DNA of 64,000 nt. Source: Candidatus Aminicenantes bacterium (GTDB lineage Archaea > Nanobdellota > Nanobdellia > Woesearchaeales > JAFCCF01). The first letter of the stretch is position 1; each line of letters opens with the position of its first letter. Under the pieces are notes generated by a model. It searched no databases and was not told the DNA's origin. It saw only the letters and a list, made by a program, of their open reading frames with translations. Where the stretch lies: contig JAFCCF010000001.1 in NCBI GenBank assembly GCA_017610325.1, positions 12,950-76,949 on the forward strand. Direction: 5' to 3'. This document shows, one piece after another, positions 19,595 through 28,967 of this stretch. Both the position numbers and the translations under genes were made by a program.

Positions 19595-20653
19595 TTAATA
19601 TACTTTTTGTTTAATAACCCTAAGTTCCCGCGGCATCTTTGTGAGAATCTTAACACCCTTCTTTGTAACAGCAATAACATCCTCTATTCGTATTCCGTAT
19701 TTTTTTGGTATATATATCCCAGGTTCAATTGTAAAAACCTGGTTTAGCTTAATCCTGTCTTTAGATTTTTGCTTAAGGTTAGGCAATTCATGAACTTCAA
19801 CCCCAACACCATGACCAAGACCGTGAGTAAAATAGCGGCTCATCGGCCTTAATCGTTTTTTTGCAATTTCATAAACCTCACTGCATTTCTTTCCAACTTT
19901 TACAGCATCAATTGCAGCCTGCTGCGCTTTCAAAACCAAAATATAATTTTCAACCTCTTTTTTTGTGGGCTTGCCAATATAGAACGTTCTTGTGATATCG
20001 CTACAGTAGCCATTAAGCCACAACCCAACATCAATCACGAGGAAACCCTTGCTGATTTTTCCAGGTATTGGCGGGTGGTGTACAAAGGCGCCGTGCTTTC
20101 CAGACGCAACTATTGGAGTAAATGCAAACGCAATGCCCTTTTTTCTTGCTTCGGCTTCAATAAAGCCGATAACCTCTTTCTCATACCTGAATCTGAAATT
20201 CTTTATGCATTTTTCCAGAATATGGACAATAGAGTTACAGCTTTTTTGAATTAACTCTATTTCTCCTTCAGTTTTTATCGCTCTTATCTTGCTAAGGTCC
20301 TTACTCACGTCTGTGAACCGCACTTTCAGCTTTTTCCTAAGCTCGCTGTATTCGGTTACTGTAAGGAAAGAGTTATCAATGCCAATCCTTTTGCTCCTTC
20401 CAATAACCTGTTTGAGTGCAGAATAAAAACCCTTCTTGTAAACTTTCACTTTGTTCTTGGTTAGCCTTGCCCTTGCACCCTCCATTTTTGGCACAAGCAG
20501 CGTAGGTACTCCCTTCTTTGGAATTACCAAGCAGCCAAACCCCTCAAACTTAGTAAAATAATAGAAAGAAGGATAGAAAAACTTGAAATTTATTAACAGC
20601 ACATAACTTAACTTTTTCTTTTTCATCCTTTCCTGCAATTCAATTAATCTCAT
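19595..20653 (-). CDS. M24 Xaa-Pro peptidase
   Basis: IDVG...GYCSDITRT, HGLGHGVGVEVHE, TIEPGIY, GIRIED. Confidence 0.95.
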   Translation of the reverse strand: MRLIELQERMKKKKLSYVLLINFKFFYPSFYYFTKFEGFGCLVIPKKGVPTLLVPKMEGARARLTKNKVKVYKKGFYSALKQVIGRSKRIGIDNSFLTVTEYSELRKKLKVRFTDVSKDLSKIRAIKTEGEIELIQKSCNSIVHILEKCIKNFRFRYEKEVIGFIEAEARKKGIAFAFTPIVASGKHGAFVHHPPIPGKISKGFLVIDVGLWLNGYCSDITRTFYIGKPTKKEVENYILVLKAQQAAIDAVKVGKKCSEVYEIAKKRLRPMSRYFTHGLGHGVGVEVHELPNLKQKSKDRIKLNQVFTIEPGIYIPKKYGIRIEDVIAVTKKGVKILTKMPRELRVIKQKVY

Positions 20654-20699
20654 AGCAATAACAAAAATTAAATATAGTATTTAATTATTTCTAAATAAC

Positions 20700-21899
20700 A
20701 TGAAGAGAAAGACCCTAGGGAATGGTCTCACACTAGTGTATGAGAAAAAACCAGGAGAATCTGTTGCAATTGGCGTGACAGTGCGCGTTGGTTCAAAAGA
20801 CGAGCCAGACAAAATAATGGGAATCAGCCATTTTATCGAGCATATGCTTTTCAACGGCACAACGAACAGGAAAGCGATTGAGATCGCAAGCGAGATTGAA
20901 GCAATTGGCGGAGAGCTTAATGCAATGACTGGAACAGATAGGACATTCTACTATACGCGCGTCCCAAAGAAACACTTTGAAAAAGGTTTGGAAATTCTTT
21001 CTGACATTATCCAAAACCCATTGTTTGACAAAAAAGAGATTGAGAAGGAAAGGAAGATTATCCTGGATGAAGTGAACCTTACACATGACCAGCCAAGATT
21101 CTACCAATGGGTGTTATTTTACAAGAGCTTGTTCAGGGGAAGGCTTGGCAGAGAGACAATTGGGACAGAAAAGTCAGTAAAATCAATACAAAGAAAAGAC
21201 TTAACTAGGTTTCATAGCATAAATTATGTTCCAAGAAACATGGTAGTCACTGTTGTTGGCAATACAACAAACATAATTGGAAAAGTTGAGAAGAACTTTA
21301 CTGGCTTCAAGACAGCAGGCAAAAAGAGGAAAAAATCAGTGTTTGTTCCAAGGAACAAGCACAGGATTAAAATAGAAAAGAGACCTGTAACACAATCATA
21401 TCTTGTTCTTGGCTACCAGTCCCCTGGTAGGTCGCATAAAGATAGTTTTTGCCTAGACATTATCAGGTCACTTCTTGGCAGGGGCCAGTCTGGAAGGCTG
21501 TTCCAGGAGATTAGGGCAAAGCAGGCGCTTGCATATGAGGTAGGGGTACATCACGAAGCTTCAGCAAACTATGGCTTTTTCTCAGTTTATGTTAATACAG
21601 ACAAGAAAAACATTCCAGCAATCAAGAAAATCGTAATTACAGAGTTCAACAAGCTAAAAAATCTGACTAATAAGGATATTCTGGATGCAAAAAGGCAGAT
21701 TGAAGGAGAATATCTGCTCTCAGGTGAGGATAATGCCAAACTTTCTGAACAACTTGGGTTTTTCGAGGTTGTGAAAGGCGCAGCTGAGTCAAAGAATTAC
21801 ATAAAAAAGATTAGAAAGGTTACGCTTAGTGATGTTAAGCGCGTTGTAGGCAAATACCTTGATGATAGATACACCTTAAGTATTCTGGAGCAGAATTAG
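20700..21899 (+). CDS. M16 (insulinase-family) zinc peptidase
   Basis: VGSKDE, GISHFIEHMLF (inverted HxxEH), RLFQEIR...LAY. Confidence 0.95.
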   Translation: MKRKTLGNGLTLVYEKKPGESVAIGVTVRVGSKDEPDKIMGISHFIEHMLFNGTTNRKAIEIASEIEAIGGELNAMTGTDRTFYYTRVPKKHFEKGLEILSDIIQNPLFDKKEIEKERKIILDEVNLTHDQPRFYQWVLFYKSLFRGRLGRETIGTEKSVKSIQRKDLTRFHSINYVPRNMVVTVVGNTTNIIGKVEKNFTGFKTAGKKRKKSVFVPRNKHRIKIEKRPVTQSYLVLGYQSPGRSHKDSFCLDIIRSLLGRGQSGRLFQEIRAKQALAYEVGVHHEASANYGFFSVYVNTDKKNIPAIKKIVITEFNKLKNLTNKDILDAKRQIEGEYLLSGEDNAKLSEQLGFFEVVKGAAESKNYIKKIRKVTLSDVKRVVGKYLDDRYTLSILEQN

Positions 21900-22976
21900 C
21901 TATCTTGTAACTTCAAAGCCTTTTACCTGTTCTAACAGCTTCTTAGCCTTGTTGTTTGTCTTGAAATGCTTCCTTACCGGCTCAAGCAACAGGTTTATGT
22001 ATTCTGCAACCGCAGTTTTCAAGTCTTGGGGGTGAAGCTGGTCATCTGCATATATATTTACGAGTTCATCATAACTTCCAATGCTGAGGTCCCCACCAAA
22101 TTTTGCAGGCCTCTTTATCTCAATGCTCTTGAACTTCTCAAATAGAATGTACCTACAGTATTCCATTATTGGGTTTTCTGCAACCTGCTTCTGCGGGCAG
22201 TACGCCTTTGCAATCTTTTTCCTGACATCTTCTTCTGAATCAGTCATGAACACTGCGGTGTCTGGTTTAGACTTTGACATCTTCATGTCAATCGCCCTTT
22301 CAACAGCATCCTTCTCTTCCGATGCCGGCTTACCAAGACCCATTAACATGTGGTGGCTAACTACAACCGGTTTCCAGAAGCCTAGGCTAGGTCCAACCTC
22401 CCTGGCAAGCACATTAACCTTTCTCTGGTCCATGCCAAGCTGGGTGATGTCGCACTTAAGCTCAAATATGTCAGCGCACTGCATGCACGGATACAAAATC
22501 TGTGATGCCTGCAAGGATTCATCCTCTTTCCTGCCCATTATCTGGGCACACCGTGTGATTCTTTTTACTGTGCTGTTCCTGGCAATTCTCATGACAGTCT
22601 TCCAGTAAGTATCAATATTTACCAAATCTGATGAGCGCACAAATTCAACCTTTGAAAGGTCCATACCACAGACCTTCCACACCTCAATAAGATAATCTCC
22701 TGCGGTGTTTATCTTTTCAAGGTCGCCGCCAAGCTTGTTATTTGCCCAGCCATGCCAGTCAGCTGCCAGCATCTTGAATTTAATGCCTGTCTTGGTCATC
22801 TTATTGACATTAATCGCCCTGAGAATACCCTGCGCTACGTGGATTAATCCACTTGGTTCAAAGCCGTCATAGGCTATTGGCTGTTTCTTTGTCTCGAACA
22901 AGGTTTTTAGGTCCTGCTCTGTTATTATTTCCTCACCAACCTGCCTTACCAAGTCAATCTTTGTTTCAATATCCAT
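21900..22976 (-). CDS. tyrS: Tyrosyl-tRNA synthetase
   Basis: YDGFEPSG..HVAQ, YPCMQCADI, QLGMDQRKV, KMSKS, LHPQDLK. Confidence 0.96.
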   Translation of the reverse strand: MDIETKIDLVRQVGEEIITEQDLKTLFETKKQPIAYDGFEPSGLIHVAQGILRAINVNKMTKTGIKFKMLAADWHGWANNKLGGDLEKINTAGDYLIEVWKVCGMDLSKVEFVRSSDLVNIDTYWKTVMRIARNSTVKRITRCAQIMGRKEDESLQASQILYPCMQCADIFELKCDITQLGMDQRKVNVLAREVGPSLGFWKPVVVSHHMLMGLGKPASEEKDAVERAIDMKMSKSKPDTAVFMTDSEEDVRKKIAKAYCPQKQVAENPIMEYCRYILFEKFKSIEIKRPAKFGGDLSIGSYDELVNIYADDQLHPQDLKTAVAEYINLLLEPVRKHFKTNNKAKKLLEQVKGFEVTR

Positions 22977-23017
22977 TATAACACTCCATTATCTCCCAGA
23001 TTATAAAAAACTTTTGA

Positions 23018-23090
23018 TGGGGCCAGGTGGATTCGAACCCCCGCTTCAGCCCCCCGAAGGCTGAGTCATACCAAGCTAGACTATGGCCCC
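23018..23090 (-). tRNA. tRNA-Pro (anticodon CGG), intronless, CCA not encoded
   Basis: Acceptor stem GGGGCCA/TGGCCCC, anticodon arm CAGCC-TTCGGGG-GGCTG, T-loop TTCGAAT. There is one G-A mismatch in the T stem. Confidence 0.9.
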
Positions 23091-23230
23091 GCATCTTTTA
23101 CAGTCGCAAAAGCTGCACCAAAAGTTGTGCGGGCTACGCTTCGCTAGCCCCAACTTATACAGTGTGTACTCACTGGACACTGGACATGCGTACGTAATAT
23201 ATATAAATTACTAGGTTTTCTTACCTTGAT

Positions 23231-24070
23231 ATGATCTCAGTTACAACATTGTCAGGCTATCAATACTGCCCCAGGAAGCTGTTTTTGCAGTATGTACTCA
23301 GGCTTGTGCCAATTCCCAAAGTCGTGCTTGTCCTTGGAAGTGTCAAGCATGAAGTATTTGATGGAATAAACAAGGTCGAAGAAAACATAGTAAAGAGCAT
23401 CACAAAAAAGATTCAGATGGAAGATATACTCAACCGGTACAGGTCAGACTATGGCCGTATTCTTAAAACATCAATCCTAAAGTTTAAGAGGGAGTTAAGG
23501 AAGTTCGACATCTCCTTATCCCAGCTGTTTAAAGATAACTGGCCAATCTTCCTTGAGGAAGCACACTTCAGGGCAAAAAACATCCATGGGCTTATTGAGG
23601 AAAAAAATGTTTTTGGAGAAGAACTCTGGGAACTTCTGCCAAAAATCAAGAGCGAATTCAGGGTTGAGTCAGAAAAACTTGGTTTAAGGGGGATAGTTGA
23701 TAAGATTGAGTTTAGGGGAAAACTAGTTATTCCGTTTGAGCTCAAGACAGGCAAGGCACCAACAGACGGTGTCTGGCCAGGTCATAAAACCCAGATTGCA
23801 GCTTACATGTTAATGCTCGAAGAAGCATTTAACACAGAAATTAAGGAAGGTTTTATCCAGTACCTTGGAGTGAGCGACCTGCGCAAGGTTGTGATGAATC
23901 CCTTCCTGAAGATGGAAATAATAGAACTCAAACACAAGGTGCAAGACCTACTAAATTCCAAAGTCCTCCCACCAATTTGTAAGAATGAAAACAAGTGCAA
24001 TGCCTGCGGCCTAAAAGATGACTGCTTCAATGAAAAACTAGTAAATGAAAAGCTCAGTACCATTCAATAA
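23231..24070 (+). CDS. cas4: Stand-alone Cas4-like nuclease (RecB-like PD-(D/E)xK with Fe-S staple)
   Basis: YQYCPRK, G.VKH, GIVDKI...FELKTG, QIAAY, C-terminal KCNACGLKDDC. No cas1, cas2 or array in the window. Confidence 0.85.
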   Translation: MISVTTLSGYQYCPRKLFLQYVLRLVPIPKVVLVLGSVKHEVFDGINKVEENIVKSITKKIQMEDILNRYRSDYGRILKTSILKFKRELRKFDISLSQLFKDNWPIFLEEAHFRAKNIHGLIEEKNVFGEELWELLPKIKSEFRVESEKLGLRGIVDKIEFRGKLVIPFELKTGKAPTDGVWPGHKTQIAAYMLMLEEAFNTEIKEGFIQYLGVSDLRKVVMNPFLKMEIIELKHKVQDLLNSKVLPPICKNENKCNACGLKDDCFNEKLVNEKLSTIQ

Positions 24071-24085
24071 AGTTATATTCTAAAA

Positions 24086-24124
24086 CGAAAGGTTTATAAA
24101 CCATACATGAATTCTACATCATAT
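24086..24124 (+). promoter_or_regulatory. BRE/TATA promoter with ArsR/SmtB-like operator overlapping the start
   Basis: CGAAAGG-TTTATAAA ~23 nt before the ATG; imperfect inverted repeat ACATGA-N8-TCATAT at 24105-24124. Confidence 0.5.
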
Positions 24125-24422
24125 GATTTGCCATTCATATAACCTATTTTTTGACAATTTTTCAAACAAGACACGCATAAAGATAATAGAATCCCTTATT
24201 TTAGGGCCAAAATCTGTGACTGATATATGCAATATGACCAAAGAAGAACAGAGCAAAGTAAGCCATAACCTAAGGAACCTGAAAGAATGCCATTTCCTGG
24301 ATGTGAAAAAAAACGGCAAGCAGAGGATATATTCTTTGAACAAGGGTACAGTTGTGCCAATCCTGAAACTAGTAGAGAAGCATGTTCATAAGTATTGCGG
24401 CGAGGTGTGCAATAAAAAATGA
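24123..24422 (+). CDS. ArsR/SmtB-family transcriptional regulator
   Basis: NKTRIKII..L...SVTDI...QSKVSHNLRNL...GKQRIYSL. Cys residues at both ends. Confidence 0.9.
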   Translation: MICHSYNLFFDNFSNKTRIKIIESLILGPKSVTDICNMTKEEQSKVSHNLRNLKECHFLDVKKNGKQRIYSLNKGTVVPILKLVEKHVHKYCGEVCNKK

Positions 24423-25576
24423 AGGTTTATCTTGACAATGCTGCCACCACCATGACAGACCCGGGGGTAGCTAAGGCCATGCAGCCATACCTCACCCAGG
24501 AGTTTGGAAATGCAAGCTCTCTGCACCAGTTTGGCAGGGAGGCAAGTGGGGCACTGGACCAGGCAAGGGTGGCAATTGCAAAAAAGATTAATGCAGAGCC
24601 AGAAGAAATCATATTTACCTCTGGCGGCACAGAGTCAGACAACCTTGCCATCAGGGGGGTGGCCTATGCAAACAAGAACAAAGGCAATCACATAATCACT
24701 TCTACAATTGAACATCCTGCTGTGCTTAACACCTGCAAACAGCTTGAGAAAGAGGGATTCAAAATAAGTTACCTTAAAGTTGACAAACGGGGTTTTATTG
24801 ATTTTGAGCAACTGAAAAAAGAAATAACAGACAAGACAATCCTTGTATCAATCATTCATGCCAATAATGAGATTGGGACAATACAAGAGATTGAAACAAT
24901 TGCAAACATCTGCAAGGAAAAAAAGATAGTGTTTCATTCTGATGCTGTGCAGAGCTTTACCAAGGTTCATATTGATGTTAAAAAAACAAAAATTGACCTG
25001 ATTTCTTTCTCAGCACACAAAATACACGGGCCAAATGGTATTGGCGCATTATACCTAAGAAAAGGAACCAAGATTAAGAAACAGCTTGAAGGCGGTTCCC
25101 AGGAGTTTAACCTGCGCGCAGGCACAGAATATGTTGCAGGGGCTGTTGGCTTTGCAAAGGCAGTTGAGCTTGTTGAGGATAAACATTACAGTTATGTCAA
25201 ACAACTAAGAGACCAGTTGATTAAAGGCCTGGAGGAAATCCCAAACTGCCAGCTTAATGGTCCAAGGGGCGACAGTAGGGTGTGTAACAATGCGAATATC
25301 ATATTTAATTTTATTGAGGGTGAGGCAATGCTTCTGAGGCTTGACATGAAGGGCATTGCAGTATCAACTGGCTCAGCATGTTCTCAGCGGGACCTTAAAC
25401 CAAGCCATGTGCTGACTGCAATTGGATTAAAAGCAGCAGTTGCACACGGAAGCATAAGGTTTACACTTTCACGGTTCAACACAACAGAGGAGATTGATTA
25501 TACAATCAAAACAGTTAAAGAGGTTGTTAAGGCCTTGCGCGAGATTAGTCCTTTAAGGAGGGGTTATAATGGCTGA
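24419..25576 (+). CDS. iscS: Cysteine desulfurase IscS/NifS
   Basis: YLDNAATT, FTSGGTESDN, NNEIGT, SAHKIHGP, STGSACS. Confidence 0.96.
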   Translation: MKVYLDNAATTMTDPGVAKAMQPYLTQEFGNASSLHQFGREASGALDQARVAIAKKINAEPEEIIFTSGGTESDNLAIRGVAYANKNKGNHIITSTIEHPAVLNTCKQLEKEGFKISYLKVDKRGFIDFEQLKKEITDKTILVSIIHANNEIGTIQEIETIANICKEKKIVFHSDAVQSFTKVHIDVKKTKIDLISFSAHKIHGPNGIGALYLRKGTKIKKQLEGGSQEFNLRAGTEYVAGAVGFAKAVELVEDKHYSYVKQLRDQLIKGLEEIPNCQLNGPRGDSRVCNNANIIFNFIEGEAMLLRLDMKGIAVSTGSACSQRDLKPSHVLTAIGLKAAVAHGSIRFTLSRFNTTEEIDYTIKTVKEVVKALREISPLRRGYNG

Positions 25577-25964
25577 CTTATATTCGAAAAAAGTTATGGA
25601 ATATTTCCAGAAACCAAAAAACATGGGTGAGATTGAGAATGCAGACGGTATTGGCAAGGTAGGCAACCCAACCTGTGGTGATATGATGTATGTGTATATC
25701 AAAGTGACTAAAAAAGACGATAAGGAGATTATAAGCGACATCAGGGTCAAGACTTTTGGTTGTGTTGCAGCTATCGCCTCTAGTTCGGTGACCACAGAGT
25801 TGGTAAAGGGAAAGACAATCGAAGAAGCAGAAAAGATTTCAAAAGATGATGTTGCAAAAGCCCTGGGCGGCCTGCCGCCAGTCAAGATGCATTGTTCACT
25901 GCTGTCCATTGACGCTCTAAAAACCGCAATCAATGATTATCGTGAGAAAAAATCAGAAGGATGA
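25569..25964 (+). CDS. iscU: Fe-S cluster scaffold IscU/NifU
   Basis: GNPTCGD, FGCVAAIASSS, LPPVKMHCS. Confidence 0.96.
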   Translation: MADLYSKKVMEYFQKPKNMGEIENADGIGKVGNPTCGDMMYVYIKVTKKDDKEIISDIRVKTFGCVAAIASSSVTTELVKGKTIEEAEKISKDDVAKALGGLPPVKMHCSLLSIDALKTAINDYREKKSEG

Positions 25965-25982
25965 GGGGTGGGTACGCACAAA

Positions 25983-27536
25983 ATGAATAAAAAAGTACTC
26001 TTAGTCTATACACCAGGTCTATATAGGGACTATACAAATGAAAACCAGTACCTTGAATTCCCTGTGGGAATCCTCTCCATAGCATCTTTGCTAAAGGAAC
26101 ACGGTTTTCAAGTAGAAATCATAGACGGGAACATTGACGGGGGCTACACAGAAAAAATCAGGAAAAACCTGGGCAATGCCCTGTTTGTTGGTTTTAGTGT
26201 GATGACAACCCAGGTAAAGAAGGCTCTTGAAGCTTCAAGGATGATTAAGAAGATAAACAAGAATATCCCTGTTGTGTGGGGGGGGGTTCATCCATCCCTT
26301 GTTCCTGCCCAAACGTGCGAAGACCCTAATGTTGACATTGTAGTTTATGGAATGGGGGAAGCAACAACACTGCATTTGGCACAGAAGTTAAGAGACGGGA
26401 AACCGCTTTCTGAGATTCAGGGGATTTATTATAAGGAACATGGCAAGCTACTAAAGACAGCTGTGCGGCCTATTACACAATCAGAAGCCCTACAAGCTAT
26501 AGATTTTGACCTGGTGGATTGGGCAAGGTACGGTACATATAATCTTGAGCTCTGGCAGAAGGAGCGCGTTTTTATACGAAAGCCAACCAAGAGCAAGAAA
26601 GAGCTTAGCAGGTTTTTTTCTATTCAGACTTCAAGAGGGTGCCCTTACAAGTGCGTCTTCTGTACAATTCCCCTTATATATGGTTCAGAAGGAGACTACA
26701 GGAAAATGACGTACCTTAAAAGGTCAGCTGAGTCAGTGCTGGATGAAATTGAGGACCTTATCAAAAAATACAGTGTGCGGCAAATAATGTTCCAGGATGA
26801 GTGTTTTCTCAACAGTAGAAAGTGGCTGGAGGATTTCCTTGCTGGAATAGAAGCGCGAAAACTGAAGTTTGTGTGGAACATAAATGCGCGGTCTGACATA
26901 TTTGCTAAGGGCATTGTGTCTGAGGGGTTGCTTAAAAGAATGAAAAAAGAAGGTTGCATTTCAATGTTCATCGGAGCAGAGTCCGGTTCAAATAGGCTTT
27001 TGAAAAAAGTCCAAAAGTACATCACAGTAGAAGAGACAATTCAGACAGCAAGAATACTCAACAGGTACAACATTCCTTGTATATACGGCTTGATGATGGC
27101 TATTCCCGGAGAGACCCGGGCAGATTTGGTTTCAACGCTTGATCTCATCCTAAAACTTTATAAGATTGGTGGCAGGCACGTGAGAATCTCTGGCCCCGTT
27201 ATATTCCTGCTATTTCCAAGATGTAAATTATGGGGTGAGTGCAAGCGCCATGGCTATGAGGAACCTTTAAATCTACAGGAATGGGCAGATTTGCCTATGG
27301 AAGAAATCGTGCGCCCCGATTTTAGAAAACTGCCCTGGGTATCAAAAAAAAATTATGCTCTTATGGACTATCTCAAATTAATGGGGGCCCGCCATTTGCC
27401 AACAAACAAGTTTTTGCTGGCATTTCTTGAGCTAATTTGCCGGTTTAGAAAGAAGATTAATTGGTTCAGGTTTCCAGTTGAGCTTCTGGCTTGGAATTAT
27501 TACGAATACCGAAGGTTAAAACTAAGGATGGGATGA
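25983..27536 (+). CDS. B12-binding radical SAM protein (class B methyltransferase-like) #1
   Basis: Cobalamin-binding region (PVGILSIAS, VVWGGVHPS, GMGE), SRGCPYKCVFC, GAESGS. Confidence 0.92.
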   Translation: MNKKVLLVYTPGLYRDYTNENQYLEFPVGILSIASLLKEHGFQVEIIDGNIDGGYTEKIRKNLGNALFVGFSVMTTQVKKALEASRMIKKINKNIPVVWGGVHPSLVPAQTCEDPNVDIVVYGMGEATTLHLAQKLRDGKPLSEIQGIYYKEHGKLLKTAVRPITQSEALQAIDFDLVDWARYGTYNLELWQKERVFIRKPTKSKKELSRFFSIQTSRGCPYKCVFCTIPLIYGSEGDYRKMTYLKRSAESVLDEIEDLIKKYSVRQIMFQDECFLNSRKWLEDFLAGIEARKLKFVWNINARSDIFAKGIVSEGLLKRMKKEGCISMFIGAESGSNRLLKKVQKYITVEETIQTARILNRYNIPCIYGLMMAIPGETRADLVSTLDLILKLYKIGGRHVRISGPVIFLLFPRCKLWGECKRHGYEEPLNLQEWADLPMEEIVRPDFRKLPWVSKKNYALMDYLKLMGARHLPTNKFLLAFLELICRFRKKINWFRFPVELLAWNYYEYRRLKLRMG

Positions 27537-28967
27537 CTATCGAGACAGGAAATCAGTTACATATCCCCACAGAAGCTCAAACTCATCTCTCAATTCACCC
27601 AGTGCCAGCATGACTGTCAAATATATTACTATTCCTACGGGGATTAACAAAAACAGGTTAACATCCCTTACAAGGAAGACCATAATGCCCATAAGAACAG
27701 AGGCAAAGACACTCTTATATGTAAGTTTTATTAAGCCAATCTTACAGAATGTTCTTGAGATGTATACAAAATTCATCAAAACAACAACAGCATAGCTAAC
27801 TAGGGTTGCAAAAGCACAACCCAATAAGCCATACCTTGGAATAAGCATTAGATTCAGAACAATGTTCAATGCCCCTGCCATGAGGAGGGCATACAGGTTA
27901 ACCTTCTCTTTCTTGAGAGCATAGAGAAGAGACCTTATAACCATATGTAGTGTTAGCAAGAGGCCATATATGAAGAACAACTTGAGTGCTAGGTCATATT
28001 GTGCAAAAGAGGGGCCCATAAATTGAGTGATTATCTTTTTTGAAAGGATAACCAACCCCGCAAATCCCGGAAGGGCGACGTACAAGGAATATTTCAGGAT
28101 TTTCCTGAACACTGGAACCAATTTTGCTTTCTTTTTTACAGTGTAAAGCAGCGTCATTGATGGAAAAGCTGCAAAAACCAATGAACCTGGAATCATAACA
28201 ACAAAATTAATAATCCTGAGAGTAAACTCATAGAGTCCAACAATCTTAAAGCTTGTGAGCTTTGTCAAGAACAGAATGTCTACGTTGTAGAAAAGAGCCG
28301 TCCCAAGCCCAATAAGCACAAAGAGGTAAGATGATTTGGTAAGGGAAGTGCACTTCTTGAAATCAAATGAAAAAACAATTTTTGGAAATCTCTTCATAGT
28401 GATTAGGAACAGCACAATAAAGCGCATTATTGATACACCCAGGAATGCCAAAAACAAAGCATTTATGCTGCCAGAAGATGAGAGTAGCGCATAGGCACTA
28501 ATTAACAGGACCAAGGTCAATAATGGGTTTATCAGCAGATACACCATTTTTTGGTATGCAACATAAATTGTGGAAAAAATGTTCGCAAAGTTGGATATAA
28601 TTGAGGATAAACCAATTATAAGGATACCCCAAGTGAATTGGCCGTAGGACCCACTCACCTTCAAAACGAGCAAAACTAGGAAGCAGAAGGTCAGTGAGGT
28701 GAAAACCTTCAGCACAAGGATGCTGGACACATAACCATTAAAATTCTTGTCTTTAGGGGATAAGGCCCGGATCGATGGAGTAAACATTCCAAACTGTAGG
28801 AAGACGCCAAGGAAACCAACAAATGCAAACACGAAACTGAACTTGCCCAGGCCCCCACTCCCCAAAAATCTAAGGATAGTCAGGATAAGGCCAAGATAAA
28901 GTAGTTTATTCAGTATGTTACTTATTAGGTGGTAATTAGCATTTGCAAATATTTTTTTTATTTCCAT
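27537..28967 (-). CDS. Wzx-type flippase / oligosaccharide exporter (MOP superfamily)
   Basis: Many TM helices, RFLGSGGLGKFS, NVDILFL...VGLYE, NIVLNLMLIPRYGLLGCAFAT. The start overlaps the stop of the upstream radical SAM gene (TGATG). Confidence 0.88.
   Translation of the reverse strand: MEIKKIFANANYHLISNILNKLLYLGLILTILRFLGSGGLGKFSFVFAFVGFLGVFLQFGMFTPSIRALSPKDKNFNGYVSSILVLKVFTSLTFCFLVLLVLKVSGSYGQFTWGILIIGLSSIISNFANIFSTIYVAYQKMVYLLINPLLTLVLLISAYALLSSSGSINALFLAFLGVSIMRFIVLFLITMKRFPKIVFSFDFKKCTSLTKSSYLFVLIGLGTALFYNVDILFLTKLTSFKIVGLYEFTLRIINFVVMIPGSLVFAAFPSMTLLYTVKKKAKLVPVFRKILKYSLYVALPGFAGLVILSKKIITQFMGPSFAQYDLALKLFFIYGLLLTLHMVIRSLLYALKKEKVNLYALLMAGALNIVLNLMLIPRYGLLGCAFATLVSYAVVVLMNFVYISRTFCKIGLIKLTYKSVFASVLMGIMVFLVRDVNLFLLIPVGIVIYLTVMLALGELRDEFELLWGYVTDFLSR

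Noticed and set aside
19573..19680. N-terminal extension of the M29-like ORF given in the track
   Set aside because: It overlaps the 3' end of the M24 gene. ATG 19572 after the M24 stop is more plausible.
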